64,000 nucleotides of DNA. It comes from Gammaproteobacteria bacterium (GTDB taxonomy: Bacteria > Pseudomonadota > Gammaproteobacteria > JBCCGL01). A program made the position numbers and the translations under genes. The stretch lies in the NCBI GenBank assembly GCA_965277715.1, contig OZ255836.1, positions 3,392,001 to 3,456,000 of the forward strand, read 5' to 3'. Shown here piece after piece: positions 18,793 to 31,544 of the stretch (positions are counted from its first letter, which is position 1; each line of letters begins with the position of its first letter). Under the pieces are notes generated by a model. That model made no database searches, was not told where the DNA came from, and saw nothing but the letters and a program-made list of their open reading frames with translations.

Positions 18793-20457
18793 TGTCAAGG
18801 TAGTTGTCCGTTTTACTATGCTACTTGCTTTTCAATTCCATTGTGCTTTTGTCTCATGGCCAAGCCTTCCTTTTCCGGGTTTAACCACACCCCCGATACC
18901 GGTTCGAGGTGTTTAATATCCTGGCTCCAGCGTTCAGGGTGTTTGGCCTTTGCTTGTTCATAAACTGCTTTTCTGGCTGCCAGTATCGCGTGATCTTCGC
19001 CTTTATGACGCGAGGCTGGTGTCACAAACCCAATGCCGCTATGGCAATGAGAGCCGTTGTACCATTGCACAAATCCATGCACCCAGTTTCGCGCAGAGGC
19101 TAAACTATCAAATGGCTTTGACGGATAGGCAGGCGTGTATTTTAAGGTTCTAAACAGACTTTCTGAATAAGGATTATCATCGCTTACCGATGGCCTACTA
19201 AACGAAGGTATCACACCCAACCATTGCAGTTTTGCTAACATGGTAGCACCTTTCATCGGGCCACCATTATCCGCGTGTAATACCAATTGACTCTGGCTGC
19301 ACCCCTCCGCTAAACAGGCACGCTGGATCAGCGCCGCTGCCAGATCAGCCGATTCACTGTCATGCACTTCCCAGGCAACAATTTTACGACTGTAAATATC
19401 CATCATCATGTAAAGCCGGTAAAACCACCCGGTTATGTTCGATTTCAAAAAGGTAATATCCCAAGACCACACCTCGTTTGGCCTTGATGCCAGGTAGCTG
19501 TTAGGTTTGTGCCGTTTTTTAGGCGTCGCCGCCTTACCTTGCCGCTGCAGTTGGTTTTCCGACTTTAACACCCGATAGAAGCTTGACTCTGACCCAATAT
19601 ACACACCTTCATCCGCCAATTTGGGCACAATTTGCGAGGGGGGTAGCGCTTGGTAGTTCGCTTCATTACAGGTGGTGACAATCAATGCCCGCTCTTCTGC
19701 TGTGAACTTATTACCAGGCGCCTGTCGATGAGCGCTGGGTCTGCCATCAGCACGGACAGTACCCGCGTTTGCCCAGCGTCGGTACGTCTTAGGGTGTCAC
19801 TCAAGCACTTTGCACGCTTTGCTTAATGTAGCGCCAGCGACAACGGCCTCTTTGATTAAACGGATACTATTTTGGCGATCTGAATGGCAGGTCATTCGTC
19901 CTCTCCCTCCCCCCAGATCGCTTGGGCCTTTTTTCTAAGCACCAGCAAAGCGGCTGTTTCGGCTAACGCTTTCTCCTTTCGGTGCAGGTCTTGTTCGAGA
20001 CGTTTAATACGTTTATCCGCTTCTCTACGACTGGTTTGTAAACGTTTCGTTTGGGCGCGATCCCAGTCATTGGCTTGTTCACAAGCCATTCGCCATGCCT
20101 TAATCTGATCAGGGTACAAACCACGATGACGGCAATAAGCTGAAAGGTCTGTTTCGCTTAATGACGCACTTTCCAGAACCGCTGAAAACTTATCCGAAGA
20201 ACCCCAACCTGCTGGTGTCAAATCGCCATCTGGCATGAGTTCGCCTTTCGCTCTTGCTGGGGCTCGCCAACTATAAAGCGTACCTTGTGCAATGCCTTCT
20301 TCTTTGGCTAACCGGGAAATTGTCTGATTGTTCGGCGGCAGCATCTTCTTTAAAACAGCGGCCTTTCTTTCTATTGGATAACGCATACCACTCTCTCTTT
20401 GCCTCCTGTAATAACTTATTGAATCCCAATTTAGGGAGGGGGACAACTACCCTGACA
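18793..20457 (-). mobile_element. IS3-family element (orfA 19892-20386; orfB 18816-19895 with an in-frame TGA at 19797-19799)
   Basis: IRs TGTCAAGGTAGTTGTCC / GGACAACTACCCTGACA; DDE motifs WSWDIT, HADNG, YSESLF; ATGA overlap between orfA and orfB. Exact ends are approximate. Confidence 0.88.
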
Positions 20458-20475
20458 CAGGGGGGGAGAAGGCAC

Positions 20476-20919
20476 ATGCCAAAATATGCACCAAAAGACC
20501 CCGCTCGTTTAGGTAGGCTGTTTCGCGATTTGATCTTTGCACGACAAATCGTGGTTGAAGGCCGAAGTAAGGTTGTCGAAGAGATAACGCACTCTAGCTT
20601 AAAGCGTGAGGTAGAGCAGGCATTACTAACCTTAATGGATAAACCAGATCTGCTTGAGCAATTCCACGCATTTGTACACGACCCAAAGTGCCGAAAAGAA
20701 ATATTAGCCGAGCATACTGCTAAACGTCTGATAGGTAGTGGCTATGACAATGATGTTCAGGATCTTGATAACGAGGATATGAAAACTTTTAATGTGGTAC
20801 TCGATAGCCCACATACTTTCCACATCGCGTTGCCTGATACATTGATGAGTATTGAACAATATGTTGATCCAAATTGGATAGAAACCATGGGCGCCTACAT
20901 TTTACGCAAGTGCCGTTAA
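20476..20919 (+). CDS. Hypothetical protein (147 aa)
   Basis: GGAG RBS and ATG 20476; followed by a hairpin at ~20938-20975. Confidence 0.6.
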   Translation: MPKYAPKDPARLGRLFRDLIFARQIVVEGRSKVVEEITHSSLKREVEQALLTLMDKPDLLEQFHAFVHDPKCRKEILAEHTAKRLIGSGYDNDVQDLDNEDMKTFNVVLDSPHTFHIALPDTLMSIEQYVDPNWIETMGAYILRKCR

Positions 20920-21065
20920 GCTGATAAGTACTGATCTCCTCACTCAGGACACCCGATCTGGCGTTCTGGGTGAGGAAATAACAAGCTGGACTGATCAGTT
21001 TCGCGAAAATGAATGCGTTTTATGTTATGCATTAAAATTTCTAACTATTTGAGAAAAATAAGAAA

Positions 21066-21443
21066 ATGGCGAGAGAAATTAAAAAAACAGATCAATTTAA
21101 AGAGCGACTGCTAAAGTTAATTCCAAGCGAAATAATTGCTGCATACGCTGTAATCCAAGGGCTGGTAGCCGATCAAGAGTCTATTTTGATATATATTGTT
21201 ATTGGGGTACTTACGTTGATAGCATTTATATATATGCATAAATTGGAAAAGGTGACAAACACTTGGCATAAAGTAGTTGTGGCACTCGCTTTTCCAATAT
21301 GGGCTTTTACTGTTACTCCGGAAGCTATTCCAGAGAGCGTGCCATACAACCGCCAACTTGCCCCTATTCTCCTGGTTGTGTGGACATTATTAATTCCGTT
21401 AGTAATAAAAAATCAGGGTGATAAGGACAACCCAACACCTTAA
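21066..21443 (+). CDS. Small multi-pass membrane protein
   Basis: 125 aa, about four hydrophobic segments, LLKLIPSEIIAAY, AT-rich. Confidence 0.7.
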   Translation: MAREIKKTDQFKERLLKLIPSEIIAAYAVIQGLVADQESILIYIVIGVLTLIAFIYMHKLEKVTNTWHKVVVALAFPIWAFTVTPEAIPESVPYNRQLAPILLVVWTLLIPLVIKNQGDKDNPTP

Positions 21444-21596
21444 TTTAGCGCTTATGGCAATAGACGTTTTTTCGTGAGTGTAAGGTATACGGTGTGCTAG
21501 ACCCCAGTATTAACGTGCACAGCCGATCATGGCTGGCTTTATATTTGTGCCTTAAGTTTTATATACTGAGGGCCTCAAGGCCTGGAAAATCTACCG

Positions 21597-22457
21597 ATGA
21601 ACACCGATATATTACGCACCATTAAACCGGATGAGGTTGCACGCTACCATCGTGATGGTGTTGTCCTGTTACCGGCAATGTTTGATGATGACTGGATCGC
21701 GTTGTTGAACCAGGGGCTGGTGACCAATTGTCAGAATCCCTCGAATCGCTCGCGTGTGTGGGATCGGGATGCAGCGGGGCGCACGATGTTTTACGACAGC
21801 CAGGCGTGGCAAAACATAGAGGAATACCAGCAGTTTATTTTTCATTCCCCGGCGGCCCAGATTGCTGGGCAGTTGATGAAGTCAGCCTGTGTGAATTTCT
21901 ATTTTGATGCGGTATTTGTTCGCTCGCACGGCAGCCAGTTTGCCACGCCCTGGCATCAGGATGAACCCTACTGGTCGGTAGAGGGGTATGACACCTGCAC
22001 TATCTGGATGCCGCTGGTGCCGGTTAATCGGGAGAATGCGTTGGCTTATGTGCCGGGTTCGCACCGCCTTGATTCTGTGTTTTATCAATATAATTTCGGT
22101 AACCTGAATCCCGATGGCAAGCCGGGTGTCGATCAGGTGGACTTTTCCAGTGTCTCCGATTTAACGTTTCCCGATATCAATGCAGACCCAGAAGGTTTCG
22201 GTGTGGTGAGTTGGGATATGCAGCCAGGTGACTGCGTTGCTTTTAATAGCCGGATTATGCACGGCGGATCGGGTAAGCTGGACGATGATTTTGAGTTGCG
22301 GGTTTTCACCACTAAGTGGTTGGGTGATGATGTGCGTATTAAATTCCGTGCGTGTGGGATGGACCCTGATCATAGCGCTATTATGACGGCGTATGGTCTC
22401 GGGCCGGGTGACCGGCCGGGGACGGATTTATATCCGCAGGTTTGGTCGCGGGGTTAG
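21597..22457 (+). CDS. Phytanoyl-CoA dioxygenase family Fe(II)/2OG oxygenase
   Basis: TPWHQD, VPGSH, GDCVAF...HG. Confidence 0.85.
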   Translation: MNTDILRTIKPDEVARYHRDGVVLLPAMFDDDWIALLNQGLVTNCQNPSNRSRVWDRDAAGRTMFYDSQAWQNIEEYQQFIFHSPAAQIAGQLMKSACVNFYFDAVFVRSHGSQFATPWHQDEPYWSVEGYDTCTIWMPLVPVNRENALAYVPGSHRLDSVFYQYNFGNLNPDGKPGVDQVDFSSVSDLTFPDINADPEGFGVVSWDMQPGDCVAFNSRIMHGGSGKLDDDFELRVFTTKWLGDDVRIKFRACGMDPDHSAIMTAYGLGPGDRPGTDLYPQVWSRG

Positions 22458-22546
22458 GTTTTGTGGGGTTTCGCTCGCTGTGACTCTGACACTATAATTG
22501 TTCGATCCACGGTTTAACGCCACGATTTACCCACTGAGTAAAATTC

Positions 22547-24886
22547 ATGACCAGCAAACAAGACCTGCAAGCGCGTGAAGCGGAATGCAATAACCCGGCG
22601 AGTTACGCAGCACTGGCGCGTGAGGCATTGGCCGGGCCTGCCGATAACGCGTACGCGCTGCACTTGCTCCAAGAGGGTGAGATGATGTGCCAGATGCCCA
22701 TCGATTATTGTCAGGTCGCCGAGGTGGCTTTGCTCGCAGGGGTTGCGGATATGGCTGATGAGTTATACCAACAGGCCGAAGATTTTTGTATGGAGGGCAG
22801 GGAGTTTGCCGATGTAGCCACTAGCCTTGCAGCACACACTGAACAACGCGAACGGGCGCAGGGACTGTTACAAAAAGCCGTCGATGCCGCCTCTCAGGCA
22901 GAGGAGTATCTGTATTACGCGACCGTCGCCAGAGAGACATTTAATGACAACGCGCTGTCTGAATCATTATTTACCAGGGTACGTGAGAAGTGCAGCACGC
23001 TGGACGACTATAAAGCACTCGCCAGTAAGCTGATTAACCAGCAAAACGATAGCCAGACTGCCCGGGCGTTATACCAGTCGGCTGCCGACCAGGGAAATGA
23101 ATTTGAGCATATCAGCGCTTATGCCGAGGGTATGGTCACGCTGTTTGACGACCGCGAGTGGGCCGCCAGTACGCTGGCTGAAAAGGAGGGTGATTGTATG
23201 TTTCCCGCACAGTTTGTGGCATTGGCGGGTGGTTATAAAAGCTTATTTGACGATACCGACAAGGTGGGTGAACTGCTCGACAGTGGCAAGGAGTTTGCGA
23301 TGAGCGGTGAAGAGCAACTCGATCTCGCCAATGGCTACACGGATCTACTTGGCGATCAACAAACCGCCACCGGGCTCTACCAGGCGGCACTGGGTGATTT
23401 TTCAACAAAAGATGATTTATTGAAACTGGCAGAACACATCAGCGCCAGGCTTGACGATAAATCGCTGGCCAAATCGGCCTATGCAAAGGCCGAGCAGAAA
23501 ATTACCGACAACAAAGAATTTGCACTGCTCGCCAAAGCGGTGCTCGATAATCTCAACGACCAGACATTTGCCGGGGAGATCTATCAGCGTAGCATTGAAA
23601 AATTCAACACACCGGCTGATCTGATTCGGCTGGCAGGTGAAATTCGCACCGCACTGGGTGATGCGGCACTCACCAGCAGCGCTTACCGCAAAGCCCTGCA
23701 ATCAACCGATGATTTTTCCGCACTGCAAAAAATTCTCACTGCCCTGACAGAGGGGCACGATGATGCCGGGTTAGCACGGGAAACTCTCAATCTGGCGCAA
23801 CAAACCGCGCAGGGCAGCACTCATTTTCTGGTTATCGCCAACGCCGCCAGTGCGTTGTTGAATGATGCCGGGATGGTCAATACAGCGCTGGATTCGGCTG
23901 AGTCATCGGTCAACAGCTTCGATGATATTAAGGCCGTGGTGGCCGCTGCGCAGTCGCTGGTGGCCGACGACGCTACAAGGCTGGCGCGGTTGCAGGAAAA
24001 ACAGGAAAAACGTGAAGCGGGACAGGCACGTTATGTGGAATTTCAGCAGCGCGAGCAACGTATTGATAAACCTGACGGCTTTATTGCGCTCGCTACAGAG
24101 GTGGTCGCTGAAATTGACGATAAGTTTTATGCGGCAAAATTGCTTGGTTCAGCAGAAGAGCTGTTACAGGCGGGAACGTTTGATTTGAATGGTTACCTGT
24201 CACTGGCACTTGCCGTTGACCGCAGTGTAGATGATCGCGAATGGCTGCAACGGGTGCTCGATATCTGCACACAACATACTGCGACCTTTGTGCAGTGTAA
24301 TACGCTGGGTAAAACCGCTGTCCGTCACCTCAGTGATACGACATTTTCCCGGCAGTGGACACACAGCCTGTACCAGCAGTGGGAAGCGCGCATTGCGGAT
24401 ACACTCGGCGGCGCCAGCCCGGAGTACACCAAGCTGGCCATTGCAGTGCGCGACGAGCTGGGGGATAGGGCATGGTCAGAACAGTTATTGGCCCGTGCGC
24501 GTGAACGGGCCGATGATGCCTTTCACCTTTTGCGGCTTGCTGTTGTGGCGGCCAATTGGGATGATAAACCCCTGAGCGAAACGCTGTTTGCCGAGGCGGC
24601 CAATCGGTGTGTCAGTGCCGACTGTTTCATACAGATGGTGGGCTGGATGAAGAAAAACCGTATTGATACCGCAGCGCAGCGCACACTTTACGCCGTTGGC
24701 GAACAGGTGTTATCTGAGCCTCGTATGCAGTTGCGCTGGGCTGAAGGGCTTATCAGCCTGTTTGCGGATCGGGAGTGGGCCACCCGCGTTTACGACAAGC
24801 TAAAAGACGTTTTAACCACGGGTGTCGATAGCCAAGTTTACCAGCTCAGTCGTCGCAACCGGTTGGAGGGGCATGGGTTTTTTTAG
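22547..24886 (+). CDS. Alpha-helical repeat (TPR-like) protein, 779 aa
   Basis: Recurrent ~36-aa A..LY..A...LA periodicity; no catalytic motif seen. Confidence 0.65.
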   Translation: MTSKQDLQAREAECNNPASYAALAREALAGPADNAYALHLLQEGEMMCQMPIDYCQVAEVALLAGVADMADELYQQAEDFCMEGREFADVATSLAAHTEQRERAQGLLQKAVDAASQAEEYLYYATVARETFNDNALSESLFTRVREKCSTLDDYKALASKLINQQNDSQTARALYQSAADQGNEFEHISAYAEGMVTLFDDREWAASTLAEKEGDCMFPAQFVALAGGYKSLFDDTDKVGELLDSGKEFAMSGEEQLDLANGYTDLLGDQQTATGLYQAALGDFSTKDDLLKLAEHISARLDDKSLAKSAYAKAEQKITDNKEFALLAKAVLDNLNDQTFAGEIYQRSIEKFNTPADLIRLAGEIRTALGDAALTSSAYRKALQSTDDFSALQKILTALTEGHDDAGLARETLNLAQQTAQGSTHFLVIANAASALLNDAGMVNTALDSAESSVNSFDDIKAVVAAAQSLVADDATRLARLQEKQEKREAGQARYVEFQQREQRIDKPDGFIALATEVVAEIDDKFYAAKLLGSAEELLQAGTFDLNGYLSLALAVDRSVDDREWLQRVLDICTQHTATFVQCNTLGKTAVRHLSDTTFSRQWTHSLYQQWEARIADTLGGASPEYTKLAIAVRDELGDRAWSEQLLARARERADDAFHLLRLAVVAANWDDKPLSETLFAEAANRCVSADCFIQMVGWMKKNRIDTAAQRTLYAVGEQVLSEPRMQLRWAEGLISLFADREWATRVYDKLKDVLTTGVDSQVYQLSRRNRLEGHGFF

Positions 24887-26184
24887 CCGGGGGTTGATTG
24901 GCCGGGTACTGATTGGCCAAGTATTGATTGACAATAATCTTTCATAAACTTAACGCGGATAGTATAAGCGGCGTCGGCAATGTCGCCGCTGTTGCTCCTG
25001 GCGTATTCACCGATCCCGGCCTGTGCTTTTTTCAATGCCTGTAGCGCGCCCCGCAGAAAGTCCGCCTGCGGGTAGGCGGTATCCTCAAAACCGGTGCGCC
25101 CGCGTGCATCGGCTTCACACGCTAACAGAAAATGCTCAAAGCGTTCGGGTTTGCGCAATCCATCCAGTGCCATCAATGTTTTTACCAACGTTGTCGGTTT
25201 TAGCGTAAGGGCGCGATGGCAGTGTGTGTGGTAGCGCGCTGTATGCACGGCAATATCCCTAAAGGCAGTGGGTACGGTGAGGCGTCTGCAAAGCGCCTTG
25301 ACCAGTTTTGCGCCACTCTCCTCGTGCCCGTGGTGTGCGGGCAGTATATTGTCTGGCGTTATACCCTTGCCCAAATCGTGGCATAGCACGGCGAACCGGA
25401 CGTGTGGGTCTGGCGATAGCCTGCTCGCCTGCTGTAGTGCCATCTCGTTATGCACACCCGTATCAATTTCAGGGTGCCATTGCGCCGTTTGTGGCACGCC
25501 GTACAAACGATCCAGCTCGGGAAACAGCGTCGCCAATGCACCGCAGGCGCGCAATACCCGAAAATATTCAACCGGGTGGGATTCACCCAGCGCCCGCACC
25601 GTTTCCCGCCACACGCGCTCCGCCGCCAATGCATTCAATTCATGGCGGGTGCTTATCCTGCGCATCAGTGCCAGCGTGTCGTCGGCGATGCGAAACCCCA
25701 ATGCATGGTAGCGCGCAGCGAAACGCGCCACGCGCAATACCCTCAGCGGGTCTTCACTAAAGGCAGGGGATACATGGCGCAACACACGGTTTTCGAGGTC
25801 TGCCAGACCATTGTAAGGGTCGATGAGCGCACCATCGGCGGCGCGGGCGATGGCATTGATGGTGAGATCGCGGCGCAATAAATCCTGTTCCAGGGTGACA
25901 CTTGGGTCGGCGTGCACAGCAAAGCCATAGTAGCCGGGCGCGGTTTTGCGCTCAGTGCGCGCAAGGGCGTACTCGTCATGGGTGTCCGGGTGTAGAAAGA
26001 CAGGAAAATCTTTACCCACTGCTTTGAATCGGTGGGCCAGCATTAACGCGGGTGTCGCCCCGACGACAACCCAGTCGTACTCGTGCACTTCGCGCCCAAG
26101 CAACTGATCGCGCACGGCACCGCCAACAAGGTAAGTATTTGCCCCCTCCAATGAAATAAATGGTTTGTTCATCTGTCTGAGCAT
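24883..26184 (-). CDS. cca: Multifunctional CCA-adding enzyme with HD domain
   Basis: [38 protein letters not shown]. Confidence 0.95.
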   Translation of the reverse strand: MLRQMNKPFISLEGANTYLVGGAVRDQLLGREVHEYDWVVVGATPALMLAHRFKAVGKDFPVFLHPDTHDEYALARTERKTAPGYYGFAVHADPSVTLEQDLLRRDLTINAIARAADGALIDPYNGLADLENRVLRHVSPAFSEDPLRVLRVARFAARYHALGFRIADDTLALMRRISTRHELNALAAERVWRETVRALGESHPVEYFRVLRACGALATLFPELDRLYGVPQTAQWHPEIDTGVHNEMALQQASRLSPDPHVRFAVLCHDLGKGITPDNILPAHHGHEESGAKLVKALCRRLTVPTAFRDIAVHTARYHTHCHRALTLKPTTLVKTLMALDGLRKPERFEHFLLACEADARGRTGFEDTAYPQADFLRGALQALKKAQAGIGEYARSNSGDIADAAYTIRVKFMKDYCQSILGQSVPGQSTPG

Positions 26185-26208
26185 TGCGCAATGAGGTAAG
26201 TCAATAAT

Positions 26209-27258
26209 ATGAACAGAATAGCAGGCAGTGTGCTCGTGTCGCTAGCTGCAATAGTAATGGGTGGTTGTTCCACGCTGGGTTACTACGCAGAAATTGTCGA
26301 TGGACACCTCAGCCTGCAGTCGGCGCGAACCCCAATAAGTGAGTTGCTGGATGATGCCAGGGTCGATCCGGTATTGAAAAAACGGCTGCGCACAGCACAA
26401 CAGATTCGCGACTATGCCAGTGAAGTTTTGCAGTTACCCGATAACGACAGTTACCGCAGCTACGCAGACATCGAGCGCGATTTCGTTACCTGGAATGTCG
26501 TGGCGACACCAAGATTTTCGTTAAAAGCGGAAACCTGGTGTTTCTGGGTGGCAGGCTGTGTCGCCTACCGGGGTTTTTACAGCAAGGCATCGGCGCAGGC
26601 ATTTGCCGGGTCACTGCGTGAACAGGGCTACGACGTGGCTATCAGCGGTGCACGGGCGTACTCGACGCTCGGCTGGTTTGATGATCCGGTACTCAATACC
26701 ATGATTACGGGTGAGGACTTTACCCTGGCGGGCCTATTGTTTCACGAACTGGCACATCAGAAACTGTATATAGAGGATAGCTCGGCATTCAACGAGGCGT
26801 TTGCCACTTTTGTCGAGCGTGAAGGTGTGCGGCGTTGGCTGGATAGCCGTAATGCAGACGCTGAAAAATTGCGGCATAAACAAAAAATTCAACGACAAGC
26901 TGACTTTATCTCGTTGTTAAAACGAGCGCGGGATAACTTAAGTCAATTGTATAAGCAGGAACAACCACAAAATACGCTGCAATTGGGCAAAAAAGCGGTA
27001 TTTACCCAATTGCAAACGGACTACCGTGAATTAAAAAAAACCTGGGGCGGTTATAACGGTTACGACCGCTGGTTTGCCCGGCCATTGAATAACGCACACC
27101 TGGCTACTTTATCCACTTACCATCGCTGGGTGCCTGGCTTTGCGCGTTTATACCAGCAGTCGGGTGATTTGGTGACGTTTTACCTGTCAGCGGCAGAAAT
27201 AGGCGAATTACCGGCTGCGCAACGCCGTGAAAAACTGGACGCGCTCTCTAATGATTAA
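26209..27258 (+). CDS. Zn aminopeptidase-family lipoprotein (DUF2265-like)
   Basis: [22 protein letters not shown]; signal ending MGGC. Confidence 0.85.
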   Translation: MNRIAGSVLVSLAAIVMGGCSTLGYYAEIVDGHLSLQSARTPISELLDDARVDPVLKKRLRTAQQIRDYASEVLQLPDNDSYRSYADIERDFVTWNVVATPRFSLKAETWCFWVAGCVAYRGFYSKASAQAFAGSLREQGYDVAISGARAYSTLGWFDDPVLNTMITGEDFTLAGLLFHELAHQKLYIEDSSAFNEAFATFVEREGVRRWLDSRNADAEKLRHKQKIQRQADFISLLKRARDNLSQLYKQEQPQNTLQLGKKAVFTQLQTDYRELKKTWGGYNGYDRWFARPLNNAHLATLSTYHRWVPGFARLYQQSGDLVTFYLSAAEIGELPAAQRREKLDALSND

Positions 27259-27329
27259 GCATGATCGACTTCTTTTAGAAGCGCGTGCACAGAACACCCG
27301 TTAAATAGTAAATCTATAAACATTCCTTA

Positions 27330-27366
27330 TTGACGCAGGCTGTGTAGCTGATAGATAATTGCGCGC
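27330..27366 (+). promoter_or_regulatory. Sigma70 promoter with a GC-rich discriminator for the tRNA-tuf operon
   Basis: TTGACG-18nt-GATAAT-T-GCGCGC. Confidence 0.7.
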
Positions 27367-27375
27367 TTTGTTTTC

Positions 27376-27460
27376 GGAGGGGTTCCCGAGTGGCCAAAGG
27401 GGGCAGACTGTAAATCTGCTGGCTCCGCCTTCGGAGGTTCGAATCCTCCCCCCTCCACCA
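27376..27460 (+). tRNA. tRNA-Tyr(GTA)
   Basis: Cloverleaf with long variable arm, anticodon loop CTGTAAA, CCA end. Confidence 0.95.
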
Positions 27461-27549
27461 AATTCCTATAAGGATGTAGAGAATGCGCGATAGCAGGATG
27501 CCGTAGCGCTAACTAAAAGGTACACGCCTTTGGTTAGTAATATGAACAG

Positions 27550-27623
<74 letters not shown>

Positions 27624-27776
27624 ACTACAGGCCCGCGCCAACCGACGGGATGTAGGTAAAGGCTAACCGCAAAACGCGATAGTGCTTTAAAGACACCGCC
27701 TGAATCGGTAGGTCTTATACGAGTGGTTGGATTGTGCATTACACGGCACCCTCTGAGGGTGGCAGGTTTGGTTTGT

Positions 27777-27852
<76 letters not shown>

Positions 27853-27917
27853 TTAAAATAGACAGTTACATTATTTGTAAGCGACATTGTAGGGCAATAG
27901 ATTAAGGGGTTATAGCG

Positions 27918-29108
27918 GTGTCCAAAGAGAAATTTGAAAGAAACAAGCCACACGTAAACGTGGGCACAATAGGCCATGTAGACCATGGTAAGACGACGTT
28001 GACAGCGGCGTTGACGAAGGTTCAGGCAGAGGCGATGGGGGGTGAGTTTAAAGCTTACGACCAGATAGACAATGCCCCGGAAGAACGCGCCCGAGGTATA
28101 ACGATTGCCACGGCGCACGTAGAGTACGAATCTGCAAATCGTCACTACGCCCACGTTGATTGCCCTGGACACGCGGACTATGTGAAAAACATGATAACCG
28201 GTGCTGCGCAGATGGACGGAGCTATTTTGGTGTGTTCAGCGGCCGATGGTCCAATGCCACAAACCCGAGAGCACATTCTGTTGGCGCGTCAGGTGGGCGT
28301 TCCCTACATTATCGTCTACCTGAACAAGGCCGATATGGTTGACGACGAAGAACTGTTGGAACTGGTTGAAATGGAAGTGCGAGAACTGTTGGATGCGTAT
28401 AACTTTCCGGGTGATGATACCCCGGTCATAATAGGTTCGGCACTTAAAGCGCTGGAAGGTGATACCAGCGAAATTGGTGTGCCTTCAATTAGCCGACTGG
28501 TTGAAGCGTTGGATAGTTACATTCTGCAGCCGGAACGTCCAATTGATCAACCGTTCCTGTTGCCGATTGAAGATGTGTTTTCGATTTCGGGTCGTGGCAC
28601 AGTGGTAACGGGTCGTATTGAACGCGGTGTTATCAAAGTGGGTAACGAGATAGAGATAGTTGGTATCCGCGAAACAGCGAAGACCACTGTTACGGGTGTT
28701 GAAATGTTCCGCAAGCTGCTGGACAGTGGTGAAGCGGGCGATAACGTTGGCGTACTGTTGCGTGGTACGAAGCGTGAAGAGGTTGAACGTGGTCAGGTGT
28801 TGTGTATCCCTGGCAGTATTAACCCGCATACAGTGTTTGAGGCGGAAGTGTATATTTTGGGTAAAGATGAAGGGGGTCGTCATACGCCGTTCTTCAATGG
28901 TTATCGTCCTCAGTTTTACTTTCGCACGACGGATGTGACGGGTGCGTGTGATCTACCGGAAGGTATTGAGATGGTGATGCCGGGTGACAACGTTAAGATG
29001 AGTGTAAAACTGATTGCACCGATAGCGATGGAAGAGGGTTTGCGTTTTGCGATTCGTGAAGGTGGCCGTACCGTGGGTGCGGGCGTCGTATCGAAAATTA
29101 TTGAGTAA
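27918..29108 (+). CDS. tuf: Elongation factor Tu
   Basis: [21 protein letters not shown]; GTG start. Confidence 0.99.
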   Translation: MSKEKFERNKPHVNVGTIGHVDHGKTTLTAALTKVQAEAMGGEFKAYDQIDNAPEERARGITIATAHVEYESANRHYAHVDCPGHADYVKNMITGAAQMDGAILVCSAADGPMPQTREHILLARQVGVPYIIVYLNKADMVDDEELLELVEMEVRELLDAYNFPGDDTPVIIGSALKALEGDTSEIGVPSISRLVEALDSYILQPERPIDQPFLLPIEDVFSISGRGTVVTGRIERGVIKVGNEIEIVGIRETAKTTVTGVEMFRKLLDSGEAGDNVGVLLRGTKREEVERGQVLCIPGSINPHTVFEAEVYILGKDEGGRHTPFFNGYRPQFYFRTTDVTGACDLPEGIEMVMPGDNVKMSVKLIAPIAMEEGLRFAIREGGRTVGAGVVSKIIE

Positions 29109-29225
29109 CTATTTATTGAGTAGCCCCGGCGTATCTAATGTGCCTGGGCGTTTAACCTACATCAGGGTGCACTCAATTTTAAAGGGTGCGAAAGGCCGTA
29201 GCGCCTTTCGCTTTTTGCGTTTTAC

Positions 29226-29301
<76 letters not shown>

Positions 29302-29350
29302 CTTTTGGCATTTTGCCTGAGTGTGCAGTTGGCTATAGCAGGTAATATAA

Positions 29351-29731
29351 ATGGTCTCAAAGGCCGAAGTACAAGATTCTCGCGGTGACGTGGTAAAACA
29401 TGCCCTGGCAATGCTGGTTGTTGCCGGTGCGCTTACGGCGTTCTACGTTTACGCTGAGGAATCATTACTGTTTCGTGTGCTCGGGCTGTTATTGGCCTCT
29501 GCTGTAGCTGTGGCTATTTTTTATCAGACTCAATCGGGTCGGCAATTGTGGGTGTTCTTTCAATTGTCCAGAACAGAAGTGCGCAAAGTGGTGTGGCCCA
29601 CCCGTGCTGAAACATTGCAGACAACGCTGATTGTCTTTGTACTGGTGTTACTGGTTGGTTTGTTTCTCTGGTTGCTCGATCTGGGTCTCGGCGCTGGATT
29701 TCGATGGGTTACCGGACTTGCAGGAGGCTAG
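29351..29731 (+). CDS. secE: Preprotein translocase subunit SecE
   Basis: EVRKVVWPT motif, three TMs. Confidence 0.95.
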   Translation: MVSKAEVQDSRGDVVKHALAMLVVAGALTAFYVYAEESLLFRVLGLLLASAVAVAIFYQTQSGRQLWVFFQLSRTEVRKVVWPTRAETLQTTLIVFVLVLLVGLFLWLLDLGLGAGFRWVTGLAGG

Positions 29732-29732
29732 T

Positions 29733-30266
29733 ATGGCGATGCGCTGGTATGTATTGCAGGCGTTTTCCGGGTTTGAAAACCTGGTAAAACGCTCTTTGGA
29801 AGAGCGTATCGGGCGTGCCGATATGCAGGAATCCTTTGGGGATATCCTGGTGCCAACCGAAGAGGTATTGGAAATTCGCGGCGGGCAAAAACGTCGCTCT
29901 GAGCGTAAGTTTTTCCCCGGTTACGTACTGGTGCGCATGGAAATGAACGATGAAACCTGGCACCTGGTTAAAGATGTACCCAAAGTGTTGGGGTTTATTG
30001 GTGGCACAGCGGATAAACCTGCACCGATCACGGATAAAGAGGCAGAGGCTATTTTGCAGAGCGTACAGGAAGGGGTCGAGAAGCCAAAACCCAAGGTACT
30101 GTTCGAGGCGGGCGAAGTTGTGCGTGTTACCGATGGCCCCTTTAACGATTTTAACGGTGTTGTCGAAGAAGTTAATTTTGACAAAAACCGCCTACTGGTT
30201 GCAGTGCAGATATTTGGCCGCTCGACACCCGTAGAACTGGAATTTGGTCAGGTCGAAAAAGCCTGA
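29733..30266 (+). CDS. nusG: Transcription factor NusG
   Basis: [15 protein letters not shown] motif. Confidence 0.97.
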   Translation: MAMRWYVLQAFSGFENLVKRSLEERIGRADMQESFGDILVPTEEVLEIRGGQKRRSERKFFPGYVLVRMEMNDETWHLVKDVPKVLGFIGGTADKPAPITDKEAEAILQSVQEGVEKPKPKVLFEAGEVVRVTDGPFNDFNGVVEEVNFDKNRLLVAVQIFGRSTPVELEFGQVEKA

Positions 30267-30370
30267 CCGACAAGGGTCGACAATACGTTGACCCGTTAAC
30301 CGCCTGTTAATCCAGGCTATCAACATACACCGGGGAGCTGATAAAGCGTCCGTACCCGTGGAGATTGAAC

Positions 30371-30802
30371 ATGGCTAAAAAAGTCAGCGCCTATATCAAG
30401 CTGCAAGTGTCTGCTGGCCAGGCAAACCCCAGCCCACCGGTTGGCCCCGCACTGGGTCAACACGGGGTTAATATCATGGAGTTTTGCAAGGCGTTTAATG
30501 CCGCTACGCAAAACCTTGAGCAGGGTCTACCCACACCGGTGGTGATCACTGTCTACTCTGATCGCAGCTTTACCTTCATCACCAAAACACCGCCAGCGGC
30601 TGTTTTGTTGAAAAAAATTGCCGGTATCCCAAAAGGCAGCGGTACACCTAATACCAAGAAAGTGGGTAAAGTCACCCGCGAGCAACTGGAAGAAGTTGCC
30701 ACCACCAAACAACCCGATTTAACCGCCGCTGATATGGACGCCGCCGTGCGCACTATCGCGGGTAGCGCCCGCAGTATGGGCCTTGAAGTGGAGGGCGTGT
30801 AA
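30371..30802 (+). CDS. rplK: 50S ribosomal protein L11
   Basis: [13 protein letters not shown]. Confidence 0.98.
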   Translation: MAKKVSAYIKLQVSAGQANPSPPVGPALGQHGVNIMEFCKAFNAATQNLEQGLPTPVVITVYSDRSFTFITKTPPAAVLLKKIAGIPKGSGTPNTKKVGKVTREQLEEVATTKQPDLTAADMDAAVRTIAGSARSMGLEVEGV

Positions 30803-31500
30803 TGGCGACTCTAAGCAAACGGGCGAAAGCCATTCGCGAAAAAGTTGACGCTAATAAAGCCTACCCTGCCGAGCAGGCATTTGGTTTATTGAAAGAATTG
30901 TCCTCGGTTAAATTCGTCGAATCGGTTGATGTCGCCGTCAGGCTGGGCGTCGATCCACGTAAATCAGACCAGGTTGTGCGCAGCTCAACCGTGTTGCCGC
31001 ATGGCACAGGTAAAGTGGTGCGTGTCGCTGTGTTTGCCCAGGGCGAACAGGCCGAAAAAGCCAAAGCGGCCGGTGCCGATCAGGTGGGCATGGAAGATTT
31101 GGCCGAGTCGGTACAGGCGGGCAATCTCGATTTTGACGTGGTGATTGCCACCCCGGACGCCATGCGTGTCGTTGGGAAATTAGGCACGATTCTCGGCCCG
31201 CGTGGCCTGATGCCAAACCCCAAAGTGGGTACTGTCAGCGCCGATGCAGAAACCGCAGTAAAAAATGCCAAGGCTGGGCAAGTGCGCTACCGCACCGATA
31301 AAGTCGGCATTATTCACTGCATTATCGGTAAAGTCGATTTTGACCCCAGCGCCTTAAAAGAAAACCTCGAAGCGTTGCTGAACGACCTGATTAAAGTTAA
31401 ACCGTCTGCGGCCAAAGGCGTTTACATGCGGGGTATTTCAGTGTCCTCGACGATGGGTCCCGGTCTTACCGTTGATCAAAGTAGCTTAGCCGTTAAGTAA
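30802..31500 (+). CDS. rplA: 50S ribosomal protein L1
   Basis: [15 protein letters not shown]. Confidence 0.98.
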   Translation: MATLSKRAKAIREKVDANKAYPAEQAFGLLKELSSVKFVESVDVAVRLGVDPRKSDQVVRSSTVLPHGTGKVVRVAVFAQGEQAEKAKAAGADQVGMEDLAESVQAGNLDFDVVIATPDAMRVVGKLGTILGPRGLMPNPKVGTVSADAETAVKNAKAGQVRYRTDKVGIIHCIIGKVDFDPSALKENLEALLNDLIKVKPSAAKGVYMRGISVSSTMGPGLTVDQSSLAVK

Positions 31501-31544
31501 CAAATCGATTTATACCGGTTGGTCTCAATGGCCAGCCGATAACA

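Noticed and set aside
19797-19799. In-frame TGA in IS3 orfB as selenocysteine or readthrough
   Set aside because: No evident SECIS and a non-catalytic position; a nonsense mutation is simpler.
20254-20475. N-terminal part of the 221-aa ORF in the track
   Set aside because: It lies inside the IS3, antisense to orfA; the real start is more likely ATG 20476.
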